Assembly: GCA_035536915.1 (NCBI GenBank)
Contig: DATLNE010000041.1
Location: 1 to 64,000, forward strand
Direction of reading: 5' to 3'
Source: Acidimicrobiales bacterium
GTDB lineage: Bacteria; Actinomycetota; Acidimicrobiia; Acidimicrobiales; JAHWLA01
Length of the DNA: 64,000 bases
How positions within the stretch are numbered: the stretch's first letter is position 1; the number at the start of each line of letters is the position of its first letter. The notes below the pieces were generated by a model. That model was given only the letters and a program-made list of their open reading frames with translations, had not been told where the DNA came from and ran no database searches. A program made the position numbers and the translations under genes. This document shows, piece after piece, positions 49,578 to 59,157 of this stretch.

Positions 49578-50804
49578 TTACGGCTCGTACTCGAAGCTGA
49601 AGCCGCCGATGTGCACGATGTCGCCCTCGCGCGCGCCCGCCCGCGCCAGCGCCCGGTCGACGCCGAGGCGCTTGAGCCGGCCCTGCACGTAGGCGAGGGC
49701 TTGGGCATTGGTGATGTCGGACACCGCCACGGCCCGCTCGGCCGCCTTGCCCCGCACAACGAACGCGCCGTCGTCGCCCCGTTCGATGAGCAGCCCTTCG
49801 GCCTCGGGCCGGTGCACCACGAAGCCCACCGCCTCGGGCAGTTCCTTGCGCGCCTCTTCGACGAGCACGGCCAATTGGCCCAGCAGTGCGGGGATGCCCG
49901 CCCCCGTCACGGATGAGATGAGATTCCCATCCCACATGCTGAACGCGACATCGGCCTTGGTCCCGACGGTGACGCGAGGGCGCTCCAGCAGCTCAGGGCG
50001 GTACTGGCCCAGCTCCTGCAGAAGGATGCGCTCCTGTTCTTCCGGCGGCGTGCCGTCGGCGGCGGCCAGGTCGAGCAGCACCACGAGCACGCGCGCCCGC
50101 TCGACGTGACGAAGGAACCGGTGCCCCAGCCCCTTGCCCTCGCTGGCCCCTTCGATGAGCCCGGGGATGTCGGCCACCACGAACTCGTGCTCGTCGTAAC
50201 GCACGACGCCGAGGTTGGGCACCAGGGTGGTGAACGGGTAGTCGGCGATCTTGGGCTTGGCCGCCGAGATGCGGGAGATGAGCGTCGACTTGCCGGCGTT
50301 GGGGAAGCCGACGAGGGCGACGTCGGCCATGAGCTTGAGCTCGAGGTTGTACCAATGCTCCTCACCGACCTCGCCCTGCTCGGCGAAGCTCGGCGCCCGG
50401 CGGCTGTTGGAGAGGAAGGTGGCGTTGCCTCGCCCGCCCCGTCCGCCGGCCCCGGCCATCCAGCGGTCGCCGTCGTTGGAGAGGTCGGCCGCCACGTTGC
50501 CTTCGAGGTCCTTGACCACCGTGCCGATGGGGACTTTGACGATGGTGTCGGCGCCGTTGGCACCGTGCTTGGCGCGGCCCGCGCCGTGCCCGCCGTTGCC
50601 CGCCCGCCGGTGCGGGTGGTCACGGAACTGGAGGAGCGAGGCCACGTCGTGGTCGGCCACCAGCCACACGTCGCCGCCCTTGCCGCCGCTGCCGCCGTCG
50701 GGCCCGCCCTTGGGCGTGTGGGCCTCACGACGGAACGACACCGAGCCCGCGCCGCCGTCGCCCGCCTTCACGTGCAGCTGGGCCTCGTCGACGAACCCGG
50801 CCAT
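49578..50804 (-). CDS. obg: GTPase Obg/CgtA
   Basis: Obg fold N-terminus (FVDEAQLHVKAGDGGAG), G-domain motifs (GFPNAGKST, DIPGLIEGAS). Confidence 0.9.
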   Translation of the reverse strand: MAGFVDEAQLHVKAGDGGAGSVSFRREAHTPKGGPDGGSGGKGGDVWLVADHDVASLLQFRDHPHRRAGNGGHGAGRAKHGANGADTIVKVPIGTVVKDLEGNVAADLSNDGDRWMAGAGGRGGRGNATFLSNSRRAPSFAEQGEVGEEHWYNLELKLMADVALVGFPNAGKSTLISRISAAKPKIADYPFTTLVPNLGVVRYDEHEFVVADIPGLIEGASEGKGLGHRFLRHVERARVLVVLLDLAAADGTPPEEQERILLQELGQYRPELLERPRVTVGTKADVAFSMWDGNLISSVTGAGIPALLGQLAVLVEEARKELPEAVGFVVHRPEAEGLLIERGDDGAFVVRGKAAERAVAVSDITNAQALAYVQGRLKRLGVDRALARAGAREGDIVHIGGFSFEYEP

Positions 50805-50937
50805 CAGGCGGCCCCCATGGCGCGGGACATTACGCTGGCGCAGGCCTGCAGCGGGGAGTGGAGGAAGGGGGACATAAGGGGAGACGCGTCAGCGCCGGGC
50901 CTCGAAGGCCCGGCGCCGCAGAAATCGTGAGGGCAGA

Positions 50938-51195
50938 TCAGCCGTCGGCAGGGAGGATGTCGACCAGCTTCCGGCCCTTGCGGGCGCCGAACTTCACCTT
51001 GCCCGGAGCGAGGGCGAACAGCGTGTCGTCGCCGCCGCGGCCCACGTTGATGCCCGGGTGGAACTTGGTGCCGCGCTGGCGGACGATGATGGCGCCGGCG
51101 TTGACGGCCGTGCCGTCGAACACCTTGACGCCGAGGCGCTGGGCGGCTGAATCACGCCCGTTCCTGGTGGAACCTCCACCTTTGGTCTTCGACAT
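50938..51195 (-). CDS. rpmA: 50S ribosomal protein L27
   Basis: 85 aa; L27 sequence ([15 protein letters not shown]). Confidence 0.95.
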   Translation of the reverse strand: MSKTKGGGSTRNGRDSAAQRLGVKVFDGTAVNAGAIIVRQRGTKFHPGINVGRGGDDTLFALAPGKVKFGARKGRKLVDILPADG

Positions 51196-51201
51196 GGCTC
51201 G

Positions 51202-51510
51202 TTAACCCCTGGAGATCCCGGTGATCTCGATCATGGTGTACTTCTGGCGGTGACCCCAGCGCTTCCGCTGGTTGGTCTTGTTCTTGTAGGTGAAGCCCCG
51301 GACCTTCGGGCCCTTCTCCTCGCCGACCACTCGGGCCGACACGGTGGCCGCAGCCAGGTCGCCACCGGTCACGACGTTCTCGCCGTCGACCAGGAGCAGG
51401 GGTGTGAACGTGACGTCGTCACCCTCGTCCTTGCCGAGCAGCTCGACGAGGACGCGCTCGCCTTCGGCTACGCGCTCCTGCTTGCCACCGGTCTTGATCA
51501 CTGCGTACAT
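51202..51510 (-). CDS. rplU: 50S ribosomal protein L21
   Basis: 102 aa; MYAVIKTGGKQ L21 N-terminus. Confidence 0.95.
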   Translation of the reverse strand: MYAVIKTGGKQERVAEGERVLVELLGKDEGDDVTFTPLLLVDGENVVTGGDLAAATVSARVVGEEKGPKVRGFTYKNKTNQRKRWGHRQKYTMIEITGISRG

Positions 51511-51648
51511 AGGCGGTCCAGTGTAGGCGAAGCCGTGCGAAGCCGTTAATCCGGCGTAGGTCCTCCGGCGGGGCGGCGTGCCCTACCACTGGCAGGCAAT
51601 GTGGCTACACTGATGTGCAGCAAGTGGCGTCATGGTGGAGGTCGAGGA

Positions 51649-51903
51649 ATGGAAGTAGGCGTCCGAGAACTCAGGGACAACCTCAGCCGGTACCTGGACC
51701 GAGTCCGAGGAGGCGAGGAGGTCGTCGTCACTGATCGCGGGCACGCCATCGCCCGAGTGCTGCCGATGGGCGTTGAGCGGGCACTGGACAGGCTCGTTGC
51801 CGAGGGAGTCGTCACTCCTGCTCGACAGCCGAAACAGCCTCCTGGAAAGCCGATCAAGACGAAGGGGACTGTCTCGGATCTCGTTCGCGAACAGCGGCGG
51901 TGA
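51649..51903 (+). CDS. type II antitoxin, Phd/YefM family
   Basis: 84 aa from MEVGVRELRDNLSRYLDRV; overlaps the PIN gene by 4 nt. Confidence 0.7.
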   Translation: MEVGVRELRDNLSRYLDRVRGGEEVVVTDRGHAIARVLPMGVERALDRLVAEGVVTPARQPKQPPGKPIKTKGTVSDLVREQRR

Positions 51904-52319
51904 TCGCCTACTTCGACACGTCGGCACTGGTTCCGCTGCTGATCGAGGAAGCGGGCTCGGAACCAGCGGCCAGGCTTTGGGACGCCGCCAATCGTGTTGC
52001 GAGCGTACGGCTGGTCTACCCCGAGGCTCGCACAGCGCTTGCGCAGGCGCATCGGATGGAGCGCATGACGGCCGGGGAGTTGCGATCCGCGGCCGCCGCC
52101 CTCGAGGCGCGATGCGCGCAACTCGAGATGCTGGAAATCGACGAGGCGCTCACCTACCACGCCGGCGACCTCGCCGAACAGCACGCGCTGCGAGGGTACG
52201 ACGCCGTGCACTTGGCGGCGGCGCACCGGGTCAGCGACGCCGAGCTCGTAGTCGTTGCCGGCGATCGTCTGTTGCTGGCCGCCGCAGCGGCAGATGGGCT
52301 CGCAACAGCCGCCATCTGA
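51900..52319 (+). CDS. vapC: PIN-domain toxin VapC
   Basis: MIAYFDTSALVPLL PIN N-terminus, 139 aa, conserved acidic residues. Confidence 0.8.
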   Translation: MIAYFDTSALVPLLIEEAGSEPAARLWDAANRVASVRLVYPEARTALAQAHRMERMTAGELRSAAAALEARCAQLEMLEIDEALTYHAGDLAEQHALRGYDAVHLAAAHRVSDAELVVVAGDRLLLAAAAADGLATAAI

Positions 52320-52326
52320 GCATCAG

Positions 52327-54174
52327 CTACAGGAGCGAATCGTCGAACACGATTCCGCGGCCCCCGCAGTGCGGACAGGTCTGGGAGAACGATTCCACCA
52401 GGCCCTCCGACACCCGCTTGCGGGTCATCTCCACCAAGCCCAGCTCGGAGATGTCGAACACCTGGGTGCGGGTCTTGTCGCGCGACAGGGCGCCTCGGAA
52501 GGCCTTCATCACCTCGTCACGGTTCTTGCGGATCTCCATGTCGATGAAGTCGATGACGATGATGCCACCGATGTCGCGGAGCCGAAGCTGGCGGGCGACC
52601 TCTTCAGCCGCCTCCAGGTTGTTGCGGTAGACGGTCTCCTCCAGGTTGGAGGTGCCCACGTTCTTGCCGGTGTTGACATCGATCACGGTCAGCGCCTCGG
52701 TGCGCTCGATGATGAGCGACCCACCCGACGGCAGCCACACCTTGCGGTCGAGCGCCTTGTGCAGCTGCTCGTGCACGTGGAAGCGTTCGAAGATCGGCAG
52801 CGCCTCGGCCTCGGGGTCGTAGAACTCCACCCGGTCGGCCAACTCAGGGCTGATGGAGGCCACGTAGTCGCGCACGTCTTCGTACAGCGCCCGGTCGTCG
52901 ATGACCACGGCGCGGTAGTCGCGGTTGAACTCCTCGCGGATGACCCGCACCGCCATGTCGGGCTCCCGGTAGAGCAGCGACGGCGCCTTCGACCGCTTGG
53001 CCAGCCCGTCGATGTCGTTCCACTGCTTGAGCAGGCGGGCCACGTCGCGCCGCAGTTCGTCGGGCGTGGCGTCTTCCGCCGCGGTGCGCACGATGAGGCC
53101 GTGCCCCTCGGGCCGCACCTCGTCGAGGATGCGCCGCAGGCGCTTGCGCTCGTCGTCGGCCAGCCGCTTGGAGATGCCGTAGGTGTCGCTGTTGGGGATC
53201 AGGACGACGAACCGGCCGGGGAGCGACACCTCCTGGGTGAGGCGGGCGCCCTTGGTGCCGATGGGGTTCTTGGTGACCTGGCACAGGATGGTCTGGCCCG
53301 CCCGCAGCAGTTGCTCGATGCGGGCGCTGCCCTTGCTGCCGCCGCCTTCCACGTCGTCGCGGTCGTAGTGGACGTCGCCCCGGTACAACACGGCGTTCTT
53401 GGGCGTGCCGATGTCGACGAAGGCGGCCTCCATGCCGGGCAAGACGTTCTGCACCCGGCCGAGGTAGATGTTGCCGTCGATCTGGTTGACGTCGTCCTGC
53501 GGACGCGACACGTAGTGCTCGATGAGCGAACGCCCTTCCAGCACGGCGATCTGCGTGGCCCCCGGCCGCAGGTGCACGCACATCTGGTAGCGGCCCACCG
53601 GCCGCCCCTTGCGCTCCCGCCCCCGGCGCTTCTCCATCGTCTCCTCGTCGAGCTCCACGGGCTCGTCGAGCTCGGCAGCGGCGACAGCTTCCTGGCGCTT
53701 GGCACCGCTGCGACCGCGCCCACCACGGCGGCGGCGCTTCCGGCTGCTGCCGCCCTCCTTCGGCTCCGGCGCATCGGCGGCAGGGGTGTCCGGCTTGCCG
53801 GCCTCGCCGGCCACCACGGGCGGCGGCACCTTCGGCGTCAGGAAGGGCTTGGGCGGGAAGATGCCGGGCTCGCCGGGCATGATCGTGGCCTTGGCTGCGG
53901 CCTCAGGCGAGGGGCGTCCCTCGTTGGGGCGGTCGGGCAGGTCGTCGGGACGACGATCAACCTCGGCCTCGTCGCCCGCCGCGCCGTTGCCGTTGCGATC
54001 ACCACCGCCCCCGCCGCCACCTGAGCGGTTGCGGTTGCGCCCGCCTCGGGAGCCCCGGCGGCGGCGCTTGGCCGCTCCGGTGCCGCCGGACGGCGTCGCC
54101 CCGCCCTCAGCGGCTGCGGGCTGTTCCTGATGCTCCTGCGGTTCTCCGGCAGGGATCGGGGTTGCGTCGGACAT
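52327..54174 (-). CDS. rne: ribonuclease E/G family endoribonuclease with Arg/Gly-rich N-terminal extension
   Basis: S1 + RNase E/G catalytic core and C-terminal Zn-link (CPHCGGRG); conserved position upstream of rplU. Confidence 0.85.
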   Translation of the reverse strand: MSDATPIPAGEPQEHQEQPAAAEGGATPSGGTGAAKRRRRGSRGGRNRNRSGGGGGGGDRNGNGAAGDEAEVDRRPDDLPDRPNEGRPSPEAAAKATIMPGEPGIFPPKPFLTPKVPPPVVAGEAGKPDTPAADAPEPKEGGSSRKRRRRGGRGRSGAKRQEAVAAAELDEPVELDEETMEKRRGRERKGRPVGRYQMCVHLRPGATQIAVLEGRSLIEHYVSRPQDDVNQIDGNIYLGRVQNVLPGMEAAFVDIGTPKNAVLYRGDVHYDRDDVEGGGSKGSARIEQLLRAGQTILCQVTKNPIGTKGARLTQEVSLPGRFVVLIPNSDTYGISKRLADDERKRLRRILDEVRPEGHGLIVRTAAEDATPDELRRDVARLLKQWNDIDGLAKRSKAPSLLYREPDMAVRVIREEFNRDYRAVVIDDRALYEDVRDYVASISPELADRVEFYDPEAEALPIFERFHVHEQLHKALDRKVWLPSGGSLIIERTEALTVIDVNTGKNVGTSNLEETVYRNNLEAAEEVARQLRLRDIGGIIVIDFIDMEIRKNRDEVMKAFRGALSRDKTRTQVFDISELGLVEMTRKRVSEGLVESFSQTCPHCGGRGIVFDDSLL

Positions 54175-54189
54175 GGAGTACGTCCCTTC

Positions 54190-54912
54190 TCATGACGCAC
54201 GCTCCAGGCTTGGAGCGGGCGGCGCGTCCGTCGCGTCGAGCGGGGCCGGCAAAGGCTCCGATCGCGCGCCGTCGCGCAGAATCCATTGGGCAGTTCGTCG
54301 CACGCTCGCTGCCTCGATGCTGCCGTCGGGCGACAGTGCCCGCAGCAACTCCGTAGGCCGCAAGGCACGCGGCGCGGCGGCAAGCTCGCACTCGAGCACC
54401 ACCGGGTCGCCAGGGGCGACGGTGACGGACAGGAGGCCGGGTCGGATGTCGTCTTCCGACAGGCGGCCTTTGCGTTCCCGCGAGACGACGAGCGAATCGG
54501 CGGCCAGCGCGTCGGCGACAAGGCGTTCCATCTTGTCGGCCGGAGCGCCCACCACCTCGACCCGCCACGAACACGAGCTGACCTCGTGCTGGAGCGAGTC
54601 GGCCCGGTCGTCGATTGCCGCCGCGGCCGAAACGTCGACCCCGGCGGGGAGCACCGGCGTGAGCAGCGCCGGCAACGAGTCGACGTCGACGGTGGCGCCG
54701 GGCGCCAACTCGATGTCGAGGTACTCGGCCACCGACTCGGCGCCGGTGGGCAGGGCGAGCCCGAAGCTCACCTTGGGGCGAGGCGAGAACCCCTGGGTGT
54801 AGGCCAACGGCAACTGCACCCGCCGGAAGCCCCGCTCCCACATGCGGGCGAGGTCGCGGTGGCTCGTCCACCGGATCTTGCCCACCTTGGAGAAACGGAG
54901 CCGGACGCGCAC
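54190..54912 (-). CDS. DUF2344 (TIGR03936-like) radical-SAM-associated protein
   Basis: RLRFSKVGKIRWTSHRDLARMWERGFRRVQLPLAYTQGFSPRPK; GTG start inferred just after the radical SAM gene stop. Confidence 0.7.
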   Translation of the reverse strand: MRVRLRFSKVGKIRWTSHRDLARMWERGFRRVQLPLAYTQGFSPRPKVSFGLALPTGAESVAEYLDIELAPGATVDVDSLPALLTPVLPAGVDVSAAAAIDDRADSLQHEVSSCSWRVEVVGAPADKMERLVADALAADSLVVSRERKGRLSEDDIRPGLLSVTVAPGDPVVLECELAAAPRALRPTELLRALSPDGSIEAASVRRTAQWILRDGARSEPLPAPLDATDAPPAPSLERAS

Positions 54913-54914
54913 GG

Positions 54915-56855
54915 CTAGCTCGGCCGCCCGGCGAGGAGTTGCACGGGGACGAACCCGCCCGTGCTCAGGTCTTGCCCGGTGCCCTGGCTGCCGCCCGCGG
55001 GCGGCATTGGTGATGCCACGACGTGCTCGATGCCGTAGCCCGTGCAGGCGCCGCAGTCGTAACAGGGGGTCCACCGGCAGTCCTCGACGCCCGACGCAGC
55101 CAGCGCGTCCTGCCAGTCCTGCCAGAGGAAGTCCTTGTGGAGCCCGGCCGAGATGTGGTCCCAGGGCAGGACCTCGTCCTCGTCGCGGTGGCGGTACACG
55201 TACCAGTCGACCGACAGGCCGTGCTTGGCCATGGCGTCCTCCCACAGCGAGAGGTCGAAGAACTCCGACCACTCCTGGAAGATGCCGCCGTTGCGCCACA
55301 CCTCCTCGATCACCGCACCCAGCCGGCGGTCGCCGCGGCTGGCAATGCCCTCGGCCAACGTGGCCTTGGGGTCGTGCCACTTGAGCTGCACGCCTTGGAC
55401 CTTACGGGCTGTGTCCTTCAAGAGGTTGACCTTGCGGCGCAGCTCGTCGACCGTGTTCTGGCCGAACCACTGGAACGGCGTCTGCGCCTTGGGCACGAAG
55501 CCGCCGACCGACGCCGAGACGGTGACCCGGCCCGAGTGCTTGCGCCCGATGGCTGCACAGTTCTTGGCCAACTCGACGATGCCGAGGGTGTCCTCGTCGG
55601 CCTCGGTGGGCAGGCCGGTGAGGAAGTACAGCTTGATGCGCTGCCACCCCTGGCTGAAGGCCGACTCCGCCGCGCCGTACAGGTCCTCTTCGCGGATGAG
55701 CTTGTTGATGACCTGGCGCATGCGCCAGGTGCCGCCTTCGGGGGCGAACGTGAGGCCGGTGCGGCGCACCTTGGCGATCTCGGTGGCGATGCCCACCGTG
55801 TAGGCGTCGACCCGCAGGCTGGGCAGGCTCACGCCGACCGAGCCTTGGCACATGGGGTCGTTGATGATGCCGCCCACCACGTCTTCGATGCCGGAGTAGT
55901 CGGCCGTCGACAACGAGGTCAGCGCCACTTCGTCGTAGCCGGTGCGCTGCAGGCCGCCGGTGACCATCGAGCGCACCTGCTCGTTGGACCGCTCGCGCAC
56001 CGGGCGGGTGATCATGCCCGCCTGGCAGAAGCGGCAGCCCCGGGTGCAGCCCCGGAACACCTCGACGTTGAGGCGGTCGTGCACCACCTCGGTCATGGGC
56101 ACCAGTTGCTGCTTGGGGTACGGCCAGTCGTTGAGGTCGGAGATCGTGCGCTTCTCGACAACCGCGGGGACGTCTGCGTACTTCGGGGTGACCGAGCGCA
56201 GCGCCTCGCCGTCGTAGGCCACGTCGTACATCGAGGGCACGTAGACGCCCGGCACTGTGGCCAGCTCGCGCAGCACGCCTTCACGCGACGTGCGCCCGCT
56301 GTTCTTCCAGCCCCGCACGACGGCGGTGATGTCGGACACCACCTCCTCGCCGTCGCCGATGACGAAGAAGTCGACGAAGTCGGCCAGGGGCTCGGGATTG
56401 AAGGCGCAGTGGCCGCCTGCGGCGATCAACGGGTGTTCAGGCGAGCGGTCCGCCGTGCGAACCGGCACGCCCGCCAGGTCCACGCAGTTCAACAGGTTGG
56501 TGTAGACGAGCTCGGCCGACAGGTTGAAGGCGATGAGGTCGAAGTCGCCCGCCGCCCGGTGGGTGTCGACGCTGAAGAACGGCACGCCGCGGGCTCGCAT
56601 CAGCGCTTCCATGTCGACCCACGGCGCGTAGGACCGCTCGGCGACCGCATCGGGGCGCTCGTTGAGGATCTCGTAGAGGATCTGGAGCCCCTGGTTGGGC
56701 AGGCCGATCTCGTAAGCGTCGGGATAGACGAGGAGCCAGGCGACCTTGTGCGGGCTGTGCACGGGAGCCTGCGCGCCGTCTTCGCACCCGATGTAGCGAG
56801 CCGGCTTCTGCACCTTGGCCAGCAGGGGCTCGATCCGCGGCCAGAGCGACGTCAT
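54915..56855 (-). CDS. B12-binding-domain radical SAM protein (TIGR03960-like)
   Basis: 646 aa; CxxxCxxC (CTRGCRFCQAGM); conserved pairing with DUF2344 upstream of rne. Confidence 0.85.
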   Translation of the reverse strand: MTSLWPRIEPLLAKVQKPARYIGCEDGAQAPVHSPHKVAWLLVYPDAYEIGLPNQGLQILYEILNERPDAVAERSYAPWVDMEALMRARGVPFFSVDTHRAAGDFDLIAFNLSAELVYTNLLNCVDLAGVPVRTADRSPEHPLIAAGGHCAFNPEPLADFVDFFVIGDGEEVVSDITAVVRGWKNSGRTSREGVLRELATVPGVYVPSMYDVAYDGEALRSVTPKYADVPAVVEKRTISDLNDWPYPKQQLVPMTEVVHDRLNVEVFRGCTRGCRFCQAGMITRPVRERSNEQVRSMVTGGLQRTGYDEVALTSLSTADYSGIEDVVGGIINDPMCQGSVGVSLPSLRVDAYTVGIATEIAKVRRTGLTFAPEGGTWRMRQVINKLIREEDLYGAAESAFSQGWQRIKLYFLTGLPTEADEDTLGIVELAKNCAAIGRKHSGRVTVSASVGGFVPKAQTPFQWFGQNTVDELRRKVNLLKDTARKVQGVQLKWHDPKATLAEGIASRGDRRLGAVIEEVWRNGGIFQEWSEFFDLSLWEDAMAKHGLSVDWYVYRHRDEDEVLPWDHISAGLHKDFLWQDWQDALAASGVEDCRWTPCYDCGACTGYGIEHVVASPMPPAGGSQGTGQDLSTGGFVPVQLLAGRPS

Positions 56856-57122
56856 GTTCCGCGCCAGTGTAGACGGCTGCCCGCCTGCGCCCCCCTTCGG
56901 CCCGGACTATTGACACCTGGCCATGACAGTCACCGTTCGGACAAATGGCTCTCATGAGTGGCTGCTCCCCCGACGATGCAGCTTTTGCTCGTCTGAGCAC
57001 CGGGGGGAAGCAACAACCCCTCCGTACCGAATCGGCAAACCCGAGGCGACTCGGGGACGCAAAGCCACGGACCTGCACGACGCAGGCAGCCGGGTTACCG
57101 AAAACAGGAGGAACAACCGAAT

Positions 57123-57806
57123 ATGCAGTCAAACCGAATCAAGGTGCTCGCCACCTTGGGTGTACTGAGCGCGGCCGCGGCCGGGCTCGGTGGGATCGGG
57201 ACCTTCGCCGGCTTCACGGCCCAGGTGAAGAACGCCGACAATCTGTTCTCCAACGGCACGCTCGTGCTGTCGTCGACCAAGACCGGTGGCAGCGCCTGCC
57301 TGTCGACGGGCGGTGGGACCACCGACACCAACTCCAACACCTCGTGCGAGGCCCTCTTCAACGCCACCGTCCAGAAGCCCGGCGATTCCGCCACCCAGAC
57401 GGTGACCGTCAAGAACGAGGGCAGCTTGGCCGCCACCGCCTTCAAGGTGTTCTCGGCGGCCTGCACCAACGCCGACAACGCCGAGAGCTACCACGGCACC
57501 GGCAATCCCTGCTCCAAGGTGCAGCTTTACGTCCAGCAGTACTCGGACTCTGGCTTCACAACGCCGTCGGCATGCGTCTACGGCGGCACAACGACAGCGA
57601 ACACCTGCGACTTCTCCGACGCCGCCAAGACGTTGGCCGCCTTCCAGACGAGCTACAGCTCGTCGTCGAACGGCCTCGCCATCGGCAGCGGGCTCGACGC
57701 AGGCGGGTCGACCTACTTCAAGGTCGGCGTGAAGCTGCCGGCTGATGCCGACAACACCTTCCAGGGCCGCAAGGCGACCACGGACCTCACGTGGTACCTG
57801 GCCTGA
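57123..57806 (+). CDS. secreted protein with SipW-cognate (TasA/camelysin-type) signal peptide
   Basis: N-terminus MQSNRIKVLATLGVLSAAAAGLGGIGTFAGFTAQ...NLFSNGTLVL matches the GTFAxFTD/NxFxxGTLxL pattern; Thr/Ser/Gly-rich mature part. Confidence 0.6.
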   Translation: MQSNRIKVLATLGVLSAAAAGLGGIGTFAGFTAQVKNADNLFSNGTLVLSSTKTGGSACLSTGGGTTDTNSNTSCEALFNATVQKPGDSATQTVTVKNEGSLAATAFKVFSAACTNADNAESYHGTGNPCSKVQLYVQQYSDSGFTTPSACVYGGTTTANTCDFSDAAKTLAAFQTSYSSSSNGLAIGSGLDAGGSTYFKVGVKLPADADNTFQGRKATTDLTWYLA

Positions 57807-57811
57807 GCAGC

Positions 57812-58375
57812 ATGACGGCGTCGGGGCCTTCGGGCCCCGGCGCCGTGCTGTCCTTCGGACCGCCGCCCGTCGGTCGGCTGCGCGTCGTCGTGCGTGCGGT
57901 GGTCGTTGCCTTCGCCGCGCTGCTCGTCGTTTTCGTCGGGCTGGGGCTCGTCGTCGGGCCCCACGTGTTCGGCTACCGGGTGCTGTTCGTGCGCACCGCC
58001 AGCATGGAGCCGACCCTGCCGGTGGGCTCGCTGCTCGTCGTGCGCCAGGTCGATGCCGCCGATGTCGAGTCGGGCGACATCCTCACCTTTTCCCACCCTG
58101 ACAGCCCCGAGCGCCTCGTGACCCACCGTGTGGTGCGGCGCGACGGCGAAGGCTTCGTCACCCAAGGCGACGCCAGCACGGCCGCCGACCCATGGCGGAT
58201 CCCGGCGACGGGCTCGGGCTGGCGGTATGCGTTCTCGCTTCCCGGCGTCGGCTTCCTCCTCGGCTACCTGCGCTCGGGCATGGTCTCGACCGTGGCTTTG
58301 GCGTTGACGATCGTCGCCTGCTCCGCCCAGTTCCTCCGGCTCATCTGGCGCCCGGCGCCCGCCGTCAGCTGCTGA
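57812..58375 (+). CDS. sipW: signal peptidase I, SipW type (S26B)
   Basis: single TM followed by the catalytic Ser motif (RTASMEPTLPVGSLLVV); 187 aa. Confidence 0.8.
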   Translation: MTASGPSGPGAVLSFGPPPVGRLRVVVRAVVVAFAALLVVFVGLGLVVGPHVFGYRVLFVRTASMEPTLPVGSLLVVRQVDAADVESGDILTFSHPDSPERLVTHRVVRRDGEGFVTQGDASTAADPWRIPATGSGWRYAFSLPGVGFLLGYLRSGMVSTVALALTIVACSAQFLRLIWRPAPAVSC

Positions 58376-59157
58376 TGAAACGCCTCGTCGCCGTCGCCTT
58401 GGCCTTTGCCTTCGCGATCGCCGTGTCGTCGGCGACAGGCACCGACGCGACCTTCAGCGGGCGCACCCGCTCGACCCAGGCCTTTTCACTGCTGGCCGTG
58501 GGGACGCCGTCGCAGTTGACCGCCCAGCCGCTCGGCAACGACGTGTCGTTGTCGTGGAGTGCCGGGCAGCACGCCACCGCCTACCAGGTGCGCGCCGGCA
58601 ACACGTGCGTCGGCATGACGACGGTGGCGGAGCCGACGGCCACCTCGCACAGCGACACGCCCGACGTGGCCGCTGGTGAGTCACGCTGCTACGGCGTGCT
58701 CTCCACCCTCGACCAGTGGACGAGCGTGACCGGCAACCCCGCCGTCATCGTGCGCGTGGGTTTCGTGGCCACGTCGGTGGCGATCGTCGAAGGCGCGTGC
58801 GGGACCAATGGCTTCCTCGACTGCGGCGACCAGTTCGTGATCGAGCTCAACCAGCCCGCCAATGTCGTGACCCCTGATGCCGTGTGCGCCGAGTCGGGCG
58901 CCATCGTGCTCGGCTGCGAAGACAGCGTGGGCACGTTGTCGGGCGGCACCCTCGACGCCGATGCCCGCTACGCCGCCACCTCGTCGTGGTCGAACGGCAA
59001 CCGCATCCTCACCATCACCGTGGGAGCGCGCACGCAAGGCACCGTCGACCCCACCATGGCGGGCCCGTGGACGCTGACCCCGACCGGCCTCACCTCGGCC
59101 ACCGGCGACGTAGCGATCTGCGCCACCGCAGGGGACTGCCGGCCGACGACTAGCTGA
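58375..59157 (+). CDS. second secreted protein with probable SipW-cognate signal peptide
   Basis: MKRLVAVALAFAFAIAVSSATGTDATFSGRTRS; start overlaps the sipW stop (TGATG); Cys-rich mature domain. Confidence 0.5.
   Translation: MKRLVAVALAFAFAIAVSSATGTDATFSGRTRSTQAFSLLAVGTPSQLTAQPLGNDVSLSWSAGQHATAYQVRAGNTCVGMTTVAEPTATSHSDTPDVAAGESRCYGVLSTLDQWTSVTGNPAVIVRVGFVATSVAIVEGACGTNGFLDCGDQFVIELNQPANVVTPDAVCAESGAIVLGCEDSVGTLSGGTLDADARYAATSSWSNGNRILTITVGARTQGTVDPTMAGPWTLTPTGLTSATGDVAICATAGDCRPTTS

Noticed and set aside
55023-56957. 644-aa plus-strand ORF
   Set aside because: Antisense to the radical SAM gene, which has the CxxxCxxC motif.
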